Shown here: positions 33,944 to 41,805 of the stretch, one piece after another
Position numbering within the stretch: the stretch's first letter is position 1
Layout of the letters: each line of letters begins with the position of its first letter
Virus record (IMG/VR): IMGVR_UViG_2718218453_000007
Reading direction: 5' to 3' (one strand)
DNA: 46,144 bases
DNA from: a virus
Taxonomy: Duplodnaviria; Heunggongvirae; Uroviricota; Caudoviricetes
Notes under the pieces: model-generated
Database searches by the model: none
What the model was told of the DNA's origin: nothing
The model's input: only the letters and a program-made list of their open reading frames with translations
Translations under genes and position numbers: made by a program

Positions 33944-34319
33944 CCGCCGTTTTCTCGTACTTACTGATGGTGATCTCGACCTTCCCTTCCGGGATAACCG
34001 GTCCCCACTCCACCAGCATTCTTTTCACCTGTCTGTCGTCTTCCCACACACCCGCGTGGGTCAGGGCGTCAAACAGCGCCTTGTTATAGTTGTCCAGATC
34101 GCGGATCCGGTTATCCGGAGGAAACAACACGATCTCCACTGAAGCAGGTGCCGACGTTGGTTTTGGCAGACGACGTAACTGCTCAACTATTGCTGCGCAC
34201 GCCGCGCTCTGAAATTTTCGCCCCGCCGCGCTTATCAGGCTCTTACCAGCAAATGCCCCTTTGTTGGGGTGTCGCCAGTAGGTGTTCACGCTGGGCGGGA
34301 AAGGCAGGATCAGCTTCAT
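33930..34319 (-). CDS. rusA: Holliday junction resolvase RusA
   Basis: MKLILPFPPSVNTYWR...DLDNYNKALFDALTHAGVWEDD matches the RusA family including catalytic Asp residues. Confidence 0.9.
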   Translation of the reverse strand: MKLILPFPPSVNTYWRHPNKGAFAGKSLISAAGRKFQSAACAAIVEQLRRLPKPTSAPASVEIVLFPPDNRIRDLDNYNKALFDALTHAGVWEDDRQVKRMLVEWGPVIPEGKVEITISKYEKTAGAAA

Positions 34320-34642
34320 ACTTTCAGGCCTCTCTCATGTAACCAGTGAGTTGCACGCAGCCTTGCGTTTTCCTCACCGGCAAGCAGTGAGCGGATAATC
34401 CCGACCGCCTCGCTGTCGTCGTCCTTCACCGCGGTATGAAGCGTGATCCCCCGGGCCACACCACGCTTTATCGTGATGACGCCTTTTTTCTCCAGTGCGC
34501 GAAGATGCTCCACCGCTGCATTCACCGAACGGTATCCCAGCATGGTTGCCACCTCCTGATTGGTTGGCGGGAAGCCACGCTCTTTCTGATAAGAAATCAG
34601 CATATCCAGCACCTGCTGCTGGCATTGAGTTAACGTCGTCAT
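34316..34642 (-). CDS. LexA N-terminal DNA-binding-domain-like protein (no S24 peptidase domain)
   Basis: LTQCQQQVLDMLISYQKERGFPPTNQEVATMLGYRSVNAAVEHLRALEKKGVITI resembles the LexA winged-helix domain; protein is only 108 aa. Confidence 0.6.
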   Translation of the reverse strand: MTTLTQCQQQVLDMLISYQKERGFPPTNQEVATMLGYRSVNAAVEHLRALEKKGVITIKRGVARGITLHTAVKDDDSEAVGIIRSLLAGEENARLRATHWLHERGLKV

Positions 34643-35292
34643 GCCGCCATCTCCCTGACCAGCTTTTCCGCCTGCAGGCGAACCTGCGCCAGAAACGCCT
34701 CACCACATGCCTCAAGTTCATCGCGCCCGATATAGCTGATTGCCGGTCCCTTCCAGGTCTTGTCGAAAACAGCAATAGCACCAGCGAAGAAAGCGCCTGT
34801 CGGCACCTGCTTCTCATCCTTCGGGATAAACCAGGCAGGCAGTTCAAAACCAATACGCCCGCGAATAAAAGCAATATGATCTGCATCTTCCGGCCACCAC
34901 ACTTCGCTGGTGGCAGCTTTGATCAGGAAAACATAGCGCCCGCCCTTATCACGCATGGCACTGGCATGCTTCATGATGTAACGCATGCCGGTGATGTATT
35001 GCCCCTCATGCTGACTGGCGCGGCTGTATGGGGGATTTCCAAAGGCAGCACCTTTAAGCTCCGCAAGGCGTTCTGACCAGTCATGCGCCAGCGCGTTGTC
35101 TTCCGCCGTGTAATACGCAGCGCATTTGGCGTTATCACCGTCAGTGAACAGATCCAGAACAAACGGACCAAACAGGGTGTTAATTCCCCAGAAAATGTTG
35201 TCCGGCGTGCGCCACTGATCGCCCACTTCCTTCAGTTCATGGGCTGGTTTGTTCCGCAGTTCCACCAGCGCCTGGCAATATTTATTACTCAT
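34639..35292 (-). CDS. Phage Dam-type N6-adenine DNA methyltransferase (orphan)
   Basis: NPPY motif (FGNPPYS); stop/start overlap TAATG with the upstream gene at 35290-35294; the track ORF start (35325) is 11 codons upstream. Confidence 0.85.
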   Translation of the reverse strand: MSNKYCQALVELRNKPAHELKEVGDQWRTPDNIFWGINTLFGPFVLDLFTDGDNAKCAAYYTAEDNALAHDWSERLAELKGAAFGNPPYSRASQHEGQYITGMRYIMKHASAMRDKGGRYVFLIKAATSEVWWPEDADHIAFIRGRIGFELPAWFIPKDEKQVPTGAFFAGAIAVFDKTWKGPAISYIGRDELEACGEAFLAQVRLQAEKLVREMAA

Positions 35293-35780
35293 TAAGCCCC
35301 CACGTAATTCCCTGACAGATACCACTCATCACCCGATACAGCGCGCTTGCTGCTTTTCCGTAAACACTGCTCACGACGCGCCAGAAAATTGTTTCGTTCT
35401 GGCTGGGAGTGGCTTTCACGGAATGCAGCCATCCACACCGTTGCAGCACGACGGTATAAGCCCCTGGACTCCAGTTCTTCAGCCTGGCGGGTCAGGCATA
35501 AAATCTCCCGCGGGTCGTTAGTGCCGACATAGAAATTGCGCACAGGTCTGGTTTCACGAACTGGTTGCCGTTCCGCCTCCGGCGATATCTTTATCTGGCG
35601 CGGAAAATGTCTGCGTGTATCCCCTTCACAACGGTGAGCCACACGCCCACTCTGACGTAACTTGCTTGCTGACTGCAGAACGCGCTGCCGTGAGTAACCT
35701 GCAAAAGCATCTGCAATGTCTCCGGAAGTACACCCCGGATGGGCTTCAATGAATTTCTGAACTTCATTCAAAAGACTCAT
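35292..35780 (-). CDS. YfdN-like hypothetical protein
   Basis: 162-aa ORF between the O-like and Dam genes; same position and length as CPS-53 YfdN, from memory. Confidence 0.45.
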   Translation of the reverse strand: MSLLNEVQKFIEAHPGCTSGDIADAFAGYSRQRVLQSASKLRQSGRVAHRCEGDTRRHFPRQIKISPEAERQPVRETRPVRNFYVGTNDPREILCLTRQAEELESRGLYRRAATVWMAAFRESHSQPERNNFLARREQCLRKSSKRAVSGDEWYLSGNYVGA

Positions 35781-35782
35781 GA

Positions 35783-36601
35783 TTACCCCCTGAATCCTGC
35801 CGGGATCTGGCTGTAGTCCACGTTGTCGTAACTGGCTTTGAAGTACGGGTCCTCGCGTCTGGCTGCAGATACCGCAGGAACTTCCCAGGATTCTTCGAAA
35901 TGACGATCCGGACCAAAGAACGTGACAGCCTGTTTCACAAATTGTGTGCCGCTGTTACCCATCGCAGATACCCAGCCCGCATAGCGTTTCACACCTTCCA
36001 GCATGGTTTCGGGGTTTACCCCCTCATTCAAACGGGCTTTCCAGGCTTTGAAGGCTGCAGATTTTGAATTGCCACCAGCACGTTTGGGATATGCCAGCCA
36101 TGCCTGCTCAAACTCCGGAGAGTATTCCGGTCGGTTTGAACGAACTCGCACAGACTCATCAGCAGATGCACCAACAGCTATTGGTTCATTGACTGGTTCT
36201 TTGACTGGTTCAAAAGAGTGACTGGTTCTGGGTGAATCTCCTGCACTACCCCCTGGTGCAACTCCTGCACTACCTGGTGAATTTGCTGCACCAGATAGTG
36301 AATTATTTGCACTACCCCCTAGTGAATCTCCTGCACCATCCAGATGAAGGAGATAGATATTACTTGAGTTACCTTTTTCACCTTTCCGGGTGACTTTTTT
36401 TACCAGCCCGGACTCACAAAGGGCCGCAATATGATTCATCACAGAACGTTTGCTAATCTCGCACTGGTCAGCAATATGCTGGTAGCTGGGCCAGCACTCA
36501 CCCTGATCGCTGGCATTATCAGCCAGCTTGATCAGAACCAGTTTTCGCAATGGATTACCCACTCGAATTTTCATCGCTTTAACCATCAGCTCCATACTCA
36601 T
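35783..36601 (-). CDS. Replication initiator, lambda O-like (N-terminal HTH, repeat-encoded linker)
   Basis: N-terminal KLVLIKLADNASDQGECWPSYQHIADQCEISKRSVMNHIAAL HTH; central low-complexity linker GGSANNSLSGAANSPGSAGVAPGGSAGDSP encoded by DNA direct repeats. Confidence 0.75.
   Translation of the reverse strand: MSMELMVKAMKIRVGNPLRKLVLIKLADNASDQGECWPSYQHIADQCEISKRSVMNHIAALCESGLVKKVTRKGEKGNSSNIYLLHLDGAGDSLGGSANNSLSGAANSPGSAGVAPGGSAGDSPRTSHSFEPVKEPVNEPIAVGASADESVRVRSNRPEYSPEFEQAWLAYPKRAGGNSKSAAFKAWKARLNEGVNPETMLEGVKRYAGWVSAMGNSGTQFVKQAVTFFGPDRHFEESWEVPAVSAARREDPYFKASYDNVDYSQIPAGFRG
36180..36340. repeat. Candidate replication origin iterons inside the O-like gene
   Basis: Three copies of TGACTGGTTC (36184-36227) followed by three to four copies of a ~19-bp unit TGCACTACC(C)CCT(G/A)GTGAA (36241-36336) with internal dyad symmetry. 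Confidence 0.6.
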
Positions 36602-36834
36602 GCTGCACCTCCGAGATGCTTCATGTTTTTTCCGGAGCGAAAGGCTATAAGCGGCATACTGACGCGGTAATTACGGCCCAGCGGTTCACAAATCACCTTC
36701 TGACATTCACGGTCAACCAGGCTGACACGTAGAACATGCCCTGCTGGCGTGGTGTACCACTGCCCAACTGTGGGTGTTGATATTTTTTTACGCTGAAATA
36801 AACGGTAAATGTTGAGGAGCAACGGATTAAGCAT
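36598..36834 (-). CDS. Small hypothetical protein
   Basis: 78-aa ORF overlapping both neighbours by a few nt (operon-like); no family recognised. Confidence 0.35.
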   Translation of the reverse strand: MLNPLLLNIYRLFQRKKISTPTVGQWYTTPAGHVLRVSLVDRECQKVICEPLGRNYRVSMPLIAFRSGKNMKHLGGAA

Positions 36835-37663
36835 GACGATGCCCTCCGCTGATATTCAGGAGACGGTGAATATGAAAATTAGCCTTATCCGCCAGACGAA
36901 TACGTTCAGCTTGCAAGTTAAGAAGGGTTTCTACCAGAACCTGATGTGCCTGCGGATCCGAAAGAGTTACCTTGCGCAGAGCACGTAGTGCAGTTGTTAC
37001 ATAACTGAGTTTATGTAAGTCTTCATCATTCAGACGAGTGAGGGCTGGGACAGTAGCCATGATGGCAGCCTCCTTGATCGGTGAAATACTTCCACCACCG
37101 GAAACGCCAATTTCGCTGGTGGTGAACTGAACGGGGTTGGCGTAACCGGTGATCAAGGAAACCGGCGCATCTTTCGATGCCCCCGCCCAGCCCACCATAA
37201 CTTTGATGTGAGCAAATGCGGACGATAAAAAAGACGCTGGCGCGTCATATATCGCCTTGATCAATTCCAGGACGCCAATCCCGGCACCCGCTTTATAAGG
37301 TGCCTGAACAGTGTAACGTCCCGGAATGGCAGAATCAATGTGCTGGTGGTCCTTCACACTCAACAAAATCACGCTTGAATTTCCACAAAGGACTAAAGCA
37401 CTCATGCGGGTAGTCTTTGCGAAGATAGATAACGCGCTGTGTTTCTGGCTCCCAACGAATAACATGAACATAAAGTCCTCTTCCGTCACGAAACCAGCGG
37501 TTAAGTTCCTGCACAACTCGCCCCCCACAGTCAGGTAAAGTTCTCTGTGGTTACTTACAGCCAGGAGATTTGGTAATCTGCATTCATGCCGTAACAACAG
37601 GTGTTCAGCGACGCTGACCACCAGCTGTTGCGACAAACGGTTATTTGCCGTTAAACTGTTCAT
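36827..37663 (-). CDS. Hypothetical early protein (278 aa)
   Basis: ORF in the early-right operon between the CII-like and O-like genes; no family recognised. Confidence 0.5.
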   Translation of the reverse strand: MNSLTANNRLSQQLVVSVAEHLLLRHECRLPNLLAVSNHRELYLTVGGELCRNLTAGFVTEEDFMFMLFVGSQKHSALSIFAKTTRMSALVLCGNSSVILLSVKDHQHIDSAIPGRYTVQAPYKAGAGIGVLELIKAIYDAPASFLSSAFAHIKVMVGWAGASKDAPVSLITGYANPVQFTTSEIGVSGGGSISPIKEAAIMATVPALTRLNDEDLHKLSYVTTALRALRKVTLSDPQAHQVLVETLLNLQAERIRLADKANFHIHRLLNISGGHRHA

Positions 37664-38223
37664 GCGTTAGTTTCTCCACAGACACAAAACGCCACGACGC
37701 CCGGAGCTGCACACTCGCGGGCGTCACTCTTTTCTGGAGCGCAAAAGATTTTGTAGACCAGTGCTGCATGCTCCTGGAGCTTCGAAATTGACAGATACAA
37801 CTCATCATTAATTGCTGTCTGCTCGTGTGGCTCCACTACCCCATCTTCGATTGCCGAACGAATCTGCTTTGAGTAACTCCCGATCTGTTCGATGACTTCC
37901 AGCAGGCGCTGGTTTATATCGGCGTTCTCTACTTCCTCAATTTCAGGAAGCGATACAAACACCCCACCAGCAGACTGTGCGACAGCATCCGCAATGTAGT
38001 GAGTGCCAGCCGCGCGCTGTAAAATCATTGCCCATCCCAGCGGGAAAATCTGATCGCCATCTGCACGAAGGCGGTTGAATAAAGCGTTCTCTGTTACATC
38101 TAGCCACTCAGCAGCTTCAGCGTACCCCCCCGGCAACGCCGCGATAGTTTTTCTGACAGCTTTCACGTACCACTCAGGCTGTTTTTCTACTTTCCAGTGA
38201 TGCTTACCCACGGTTAGCCTCAT
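37660..38223 (-). CDS. CII-like / YdaT-like early regulator
   Basis: 187-aa ORF immediately downstream of the Cro-like gene; resembles the phage CII (CP76) / YdaT family by position and HTH-like segment AEAAEWLDVTENALFNRL. Confidence 0.4.
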   Translation of the reverse strand: MRLTVGKHHWKVEKQPEWYVKAVRKTIAALPGGYAEAAEWLDVTENALFNRLRADGDQIFPLGWAMILQRAAGTHYIADAVAQSAGGVFVSLPEIEEVENADINQRLLEVIEQIGSYSKQIRSAIEDGVVEPHEQTAINDELYLSISKLQEHAALVYKIFCAPEKSDARECAAPGVVAFCVCGETNA

Positions 38224-38254
38224 CGTTCTGTGGTTAAAAATTGAAGGTGTTCTG

Positions 38255-38455
38255 TTAATCTTTCGGATAGATATCCGGTCTTAAGTCAGATTTCGTAATT
38301 GCACCTGACGTGCATTGCTCAAGTTTTTTAGCCAGCACAAAACTGGCTTTTTTATAACCATTGAAAACCAGCCGTAAATAGCCTGGTGTTGAGCCAACTT
38401 TTCCGGCCAACTCGCCCTGCTGTTCTTTGGTTAAAGAGTCCCAATACGCTTTCAT
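38255..38455 (-). CDS. Cro-like HTH repressor (YdaS family)
   Basis: 66-aa ORF MKAYWDSLTKEQQGELAGKVGSTPGYLRLVFNGYKKASFVLAKKLEQCTSGAITKSDLRPDIYPKD; GGAGG Shine-Dalgarno 11 nt upstream; the longer track ORF overlaps the divergent repressor gene. Confidence 0.7.
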   Translation of the reverse strand: MKAYWDSLTKEQQGELAGKVGSTPGYLRLVFNGYKKASFVLAKKLEQCTSGAITKSDLRPDIYPKD

Positions 38456-38545
38456 ACAATATGTACCTCCGATATACATATTACATGATTGAGATGAACC
38501 TTCAAGATACTTGTACCCTATCGGTACAAAGGTTTTAATTTCTTT
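38456..38545. promoter_or_regulatory. Immunity operator/promoter region (OR-like) between divergent Cro-like and repressor genes
   Basis: Palindromes ATGTA-N9-TACAT (38461-38479) and TTGTACC-ctatc-GGTACAA (38511-38529); minus-strand promoter TTGAAG-16 nt-TAATAT (38478-38505); repressor ATG at 38546 has no obvious Shine-Dalgarno (possible leaderless mRNA as for lambda cI). Confidence 0.55.
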
Positions 38546-39220
38546 ATGAAAACAGTCCATGACATCCGGCGGTCTAACGCCAGAAAACTGAGAGATGGTG
38601 TTGGCGGGAATTCTTCCTTTGCCACCATGATTGATCGCGAGCCAACCCAGACCAGCAGGTTTATGGGAGATGGTGCTACTAAAAATATCGGTGACAGCAT
38701 GGCACGGCACATCGAAAAATGTTTCGACCTGCCTGTCGGATGGCTTGATCAAGAACACCAGACAACAAACATCACAAAAAAACCTGATGTTTCAATTACT
38801 AACAAACAAATAACGTTAGTCCCTGTCATATCATGGGTACAGGCCGGAGCATGGAAAGAAGTTGGCTATTCTGAGGTTGATTTGAGCACAGCAGAAACTT
38901 ATCCCTGCCCTGTACCCTGTGGCGAAATGACTTATATCTTGCGGGTGATTGGTGATTCAATGATTGATGAGTACCGCCCGGGAGACATGATTTTTGTAGA
39001 TCCTGAAGTCCCTGCCTGCCACGGTGACGACGTTATTGCATTGATGCACGATTCAGGCGAAACCACCTTCAAGCGGTTGATAGAAGATGGAACACAGCGT
39101 TATCTCAAAGCATTAAACCCAAACTGGCCTGAGCCTTACATTAAGATTAACGGTAATTGCTCTATAATTGGTACAGTGATTTTCTCGGGAAAACCAAGAA
39201 GATACACAATAAAGGCCTAA
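38546..39220 (+). CDS. CI-like prophage repressor (HTH + S24 LexA-like peptidase domain)
   Basis: C-terminal ...ILRVIGDSMIDEYRPGDMIFVDPE...ALMHDSGETTFKRL... with the Ser (GDSM) / Lys (FKRL) dyad arrangement of S24 autopeptidases. Confidence 0.85.
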   Translation: MKTVHDIRRSNARKLRDGVGGNSSFATMIDREPTQTSRFMGDGATKNIGDSMARHIEKCFDLPVGWLDQEHQTTNITKKPDVSITNKQITLVPVISWVQAGAWKEVGYSEVDLSTAETYPCPVPCGEMTYILRVIGDSMIDEYRPGDMIFVDPEVPACHGDDVIALMHDSGETTFKRLIEDGTQRYLKALNPNWPEPYIKINGNCSIIGTVIFSGKPRRYTIKA

Positions 39221-39232
39221 TCAATATTTATG

Positions 39233-39257
39233 AACCTGCTTCGGCAGGTTTTTTTAT
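39233..39257 (+). terminator. Intrinsic terminator after repressor gene
   Basis: AACCTGC-ttcg-GCAGGTT hairpin followed by T7. Confidence 0.7.
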
Positions 39258-39259
39258 GC

Positions 39260-39292
39260 TTGACAATGTACCCATGAGATACATAATGTATC
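39260..39292 (+). promoter_or_regulatory. pL-like early promoter with overlapping palindromic operator
   Basis: TTGACA (39260-39265), 16-nt spacer, CATAAT (39282-39287); 15-bp perfect palindrome GATACATAATGTATC (39278-39292) over the -10 element, sharing the ATGTA/TACAT half-site with the OR palindromes. Confidence 0.55.
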
Positions 39293-39738
39293 TAAAAGAA
39301 ACATAACACAGGCAAGATTAAAACAAAATTTGGTTGTAACACGGCGTATGGCACATGCGTCGTTAGCGGTCTGGTGACGTTAAAGGGGACAATCCACTCC
39401 TTGCTCGAGCAAACAAACCAGGTAGCCGGAATGTGCAAGTCAATGATGATGCTGATAAGACGCCTAACCAGCGTGGCGATTCGGTTTGACGCCTGGGAAG
39501 AGACCAGGGTGCAACGATGAGGGCATTTATGGAACCGCGACAAAGTGTGGTGCCGTAACTGGCTAAGTGCTCTCAGCGTTGTGGTAATCCGCGAAATGGC
39601 GCGGCGGTAAGTATGGCGGGGTTACTCTTTCCCCGTTGAGGACACCGGATTGTCAGGTTGACCATACGCCTGAGTGACAACCCCACCACAACAGCCACTG
39701 CTTTGGCGGTACCAGTTTGTACACTTGCTTCCGGCTGG

Positions 39739-39753
39739 TACCGCTCTTTTTAC
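39739..39753 (+). promoter_or_regulatory. boxA-like element (possible nutL component) in the early-left leader
   Basis: CGCTCTTTTTACAA resembles the boxA consensus (rrn TGCTCTTTAACAA; lambda CGCTCTTA) and lies in the long leader between pL-like promoter and the first early gene. Confidence 0.3.
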
Positions 39754-39888
39754 AAAACAGAGAAGAGCATCACCGGACGACGGGCTCATAACCCAATCCA
39801 TCCGGGCGGCTGCCACCGCAGGTGTTCTTCTCTGTTTTGTGGAGAAACCAACCGACCTTGCAGGGTCGATATGATGAGGAGCAGCAAA

Positions 39889-40251
39889 ATGGCTAGCGAA
39901 CGCAGTACTGATGTACAGGCATTTATCGGGGAGCTGGACGGCGGCGTATTTGAAACCAAAATCGGCGCAGTTCTCAGTGAAGTCGCTTCCGGTGTGATGA
40001 ACACGAAAACCAAAGGTAAGGTCTCACTCAACCTGGAAATCGAACCGTTTGATGAGAGCCGTGTGAAAATCAAACATAAACTCTCATATGTCCGCCCGAC
40101 TAACCGCGGGAAAATTTCCGAAGAAGACACCACCGAAACGCCGATGTATGTCAATCGCGGTGGTCGCCTGACTATTCTGCAGGAAGACCAGGGACAATTA
40201 CTGACTCTTGCCGGTGAACCTGACGGAAAACTCCGCGCAGCAGGTCATTAA
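39889..40251 (+). CDS. YfdP-like early protein (120 aa)
   Basis: ATG at 39889 preceded by GAGGA Shine-Dalgarno; same length and position as CPS-53 YfdP upstream of YfdQ; the longer track ORF (39658) extends into the leader. Confidence 0.5.
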   Translation: MASERSTDVQAFIGELDGGVFETKIGAVLSEVASGVMNTKTKGKVSLNLEIEPFDESRVKIKHKLSYVRPTNRGKISEEDTTETPMYVNRGGRLTILQEDQGQLLTLAGEPDGKLRAAGH

Positions 40252-40316
40252 TATCGTTCTTAATTAACTGATTATTTATCTCATCACTGAATATCTTTAT
40301 ATAGTGAGGACTTATT

Positions 40317-41141
40317 ATGTCTCAGAACTTAGACGCAACCGCAATTAATCAAATCCATGCCCTTATTTCTTCTCAGGGTGTTAATGAAATTATCAGTAAG
40401 ATTGGTGCCGATGCTGTGGCATTACCTGAGAATTTCCGCATTCATGATCTGGAAAAATTTAATTTAAATCGCTTCCGTTTCCGTGGCGCGCTTTCCACTG
40501 CCAGCATCGATGACTTTACCCGTTATTCTAAAGATCTTGCAGATGAAGGCACCCGCTGCTTTATCGATGCCGATAATATGCGAGCCGTCAGTGTGCTTAA
40601 CCTGGGCACTATTGATGAACCAGGTCACGCAGATAACACCGCCACTCTCAAACTGAAAAAGACAGCACCGTTCTCTGCTCTGTTGTCTGTTAATGGCGAG
40701 CGTAACTCCCAGAAATCACTGGCAGAATGGATTGAAGACTGGGCCGACTACCTTGTGGGCTTTGATGCTAATGGTGACACCATTCAGGCAACAAAAGCGG
40801 CTGCGGCGGTCCGTAAAATCACGATTGAAGCAAACCAGACCGCTGATTTTGAAGATAATGACTTCAGCGGCAAACGCTCCCTGATGGAGTCTGTCGAAGC
40901 GAAGACCAAAGACATTATGCCAGTGGCATTTGAATTTAAATGCGTTCCGTTTGAAGGCCTGAAAGAACGTCCATTTAAATTACGCCTCAGCATTATCACT
41001 GGCGATCGTCCTGTACTGGTTCTGCGCATTATTCAGCTGGAAGCGGTGCAGGAAGAAATGGCTAACGAATTTCGTGATCTGCTTGTTGAGAAATTCAAAG
41101 ACAGCAAAGTAGAAACCTTTATTGGTACTTTCACCGCCTGA
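40317..41141 (+). CDS. yfdQ: YfdQ-like protein (DUF2303 family)
   Basis: 274-aa ORF; length and sequence character recalled as CPS-53 YfdQ family; followed by an HD-domain gene as in CPS-53. Confidence 0.6.
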   Translation: MSQNLDATAINQIHALISSQGVNEIISKIGADAVALPENFRIHDLEKFNLNRFRFRGALSTASIDDFTRYSKDLADEGTRCFIDADNMRAVSVLNLGTIDEPGHADNTATLKLKKTAPFSALLSVNGERNSQKSLAEWIEDWADYLVGFDANGDTIQATKAAAAVRKITIEANQTADFEDNDFSGKRSLMESVEAKTKDIMPVAFEFKCVPFEGLKERPFKLRLSIITGDRPVLVLRIIQLEAVQEEMANEFRDLLVEKFKDSKVETFIGTFTA

Positions 41142-41268
41142 TTTCATTACTGCAAATGCCCCTGCGGGGGCATTTATGGAAACGTAATTTACTCAATAAT
41201 CGCCGGATGGTGAGGGATTCTTTTTACCAGAATTCAGCGCGGTGCAGCGCATATACGTGGAGAACAAA

Positions 41269-41805
41269 ATGTCATTTATTAAAACTTTTTCCGGGAAGCA
41301 TTTTTATTATGACAAGATAAATAAAGACGACATCAATATTAACGATATCGCGGTTTCCCTTTCAAATATCTGTCGCTTTGCCGGTCATCTTTCGCACTTC
41401 TACAGCGTCGCCCAACATGCGGTTCTTTGCAGCCAGCTGGTGCCGCAGGAATTTGCTTTTGAAGCCTTAATGCATGATGCAACAGAAGCGTATTGCCAGG
41501 ACATCCCCGCGCCACTGAAACGCCTTCTTCCTGACTATAAACGGATGGAAGAAAAAATAGACGCCGTAATCCGTGAGAAATACGGGTTACCCCCGGTTAT
41601 GAGTACGCCCGTGAAATATGCCGATCTTATCATGCTGGCAACCGAACGCCGCGATCTCGGGCTTGATGATGGCTCTTTCTGGCCTGTACTGGAAGGCATC
41701 CCGGCAACAGAGATGTTCAACGTGATTCCACTGTCGCCAGGCCATGCCTATGGGATGTTTATGGAACGCTTCAACGAGTTATCGGAATTACGCAAATGTG
41801 CATAA
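41269..41805 (+). CDS. yfdR: HD-domain 5'-deoxynucleotidase, YfdR-like
   Basis: HD-type metal-binding residues in ...LSNICRFAGHLSHFYSVAQHAVLCSQL...ALMHDATEAY...; ATG at 41269 preceded by GGAGAA; 178 aa as K-12 YfdR. Confidence 0.65.
   Translation: MSFIKTFSGKHFYYDKINKDDININDIAVSLSNICRFAGHLSHFYSVAQHAVLCSQLVPQEFAFEALMHDATEAYCQDIPAPLKRLLPDYKRMEEKIDAVIREKYGLPPVMSTPVKYADLIMLATERRDLGLDDGSFWPVLEGIPATEMFNVIPLSPGHAYGMFMERFNELSELRKCA

Noticed and set aside
36180-36340. Direct repeats considered as a CRISPR array
   Set aside because: Repeats are short, imperfect, lie inside a coding sequence and lack unique spacers; consistent with origin iterons instead.
38255-38758. 167-aa minus-strand ORF spanning the Cro-like gene and extending over the repressor start
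   Set aside because: The extension overlaps the operator region and the divergent repressor gene; a strong Shine-Dalgarno and ATG at 38455 define a 66-aa Cro-like protein.
39292-39543. 83-aa minus-strand ORF in the early-left leader
   Set aside because: Antisense to the direction of early transcription, no ribosome-binding site, hydrophobic low-complexity translation; likely non-coding.
39658-40251. 197-aa extended version of the YfdP-like ORF
   Set aside because: Upstream extension runs through the GC-rich leader; the ATG at 39889 has a proper Shine-Dalgarno and yields a 120-aa product.
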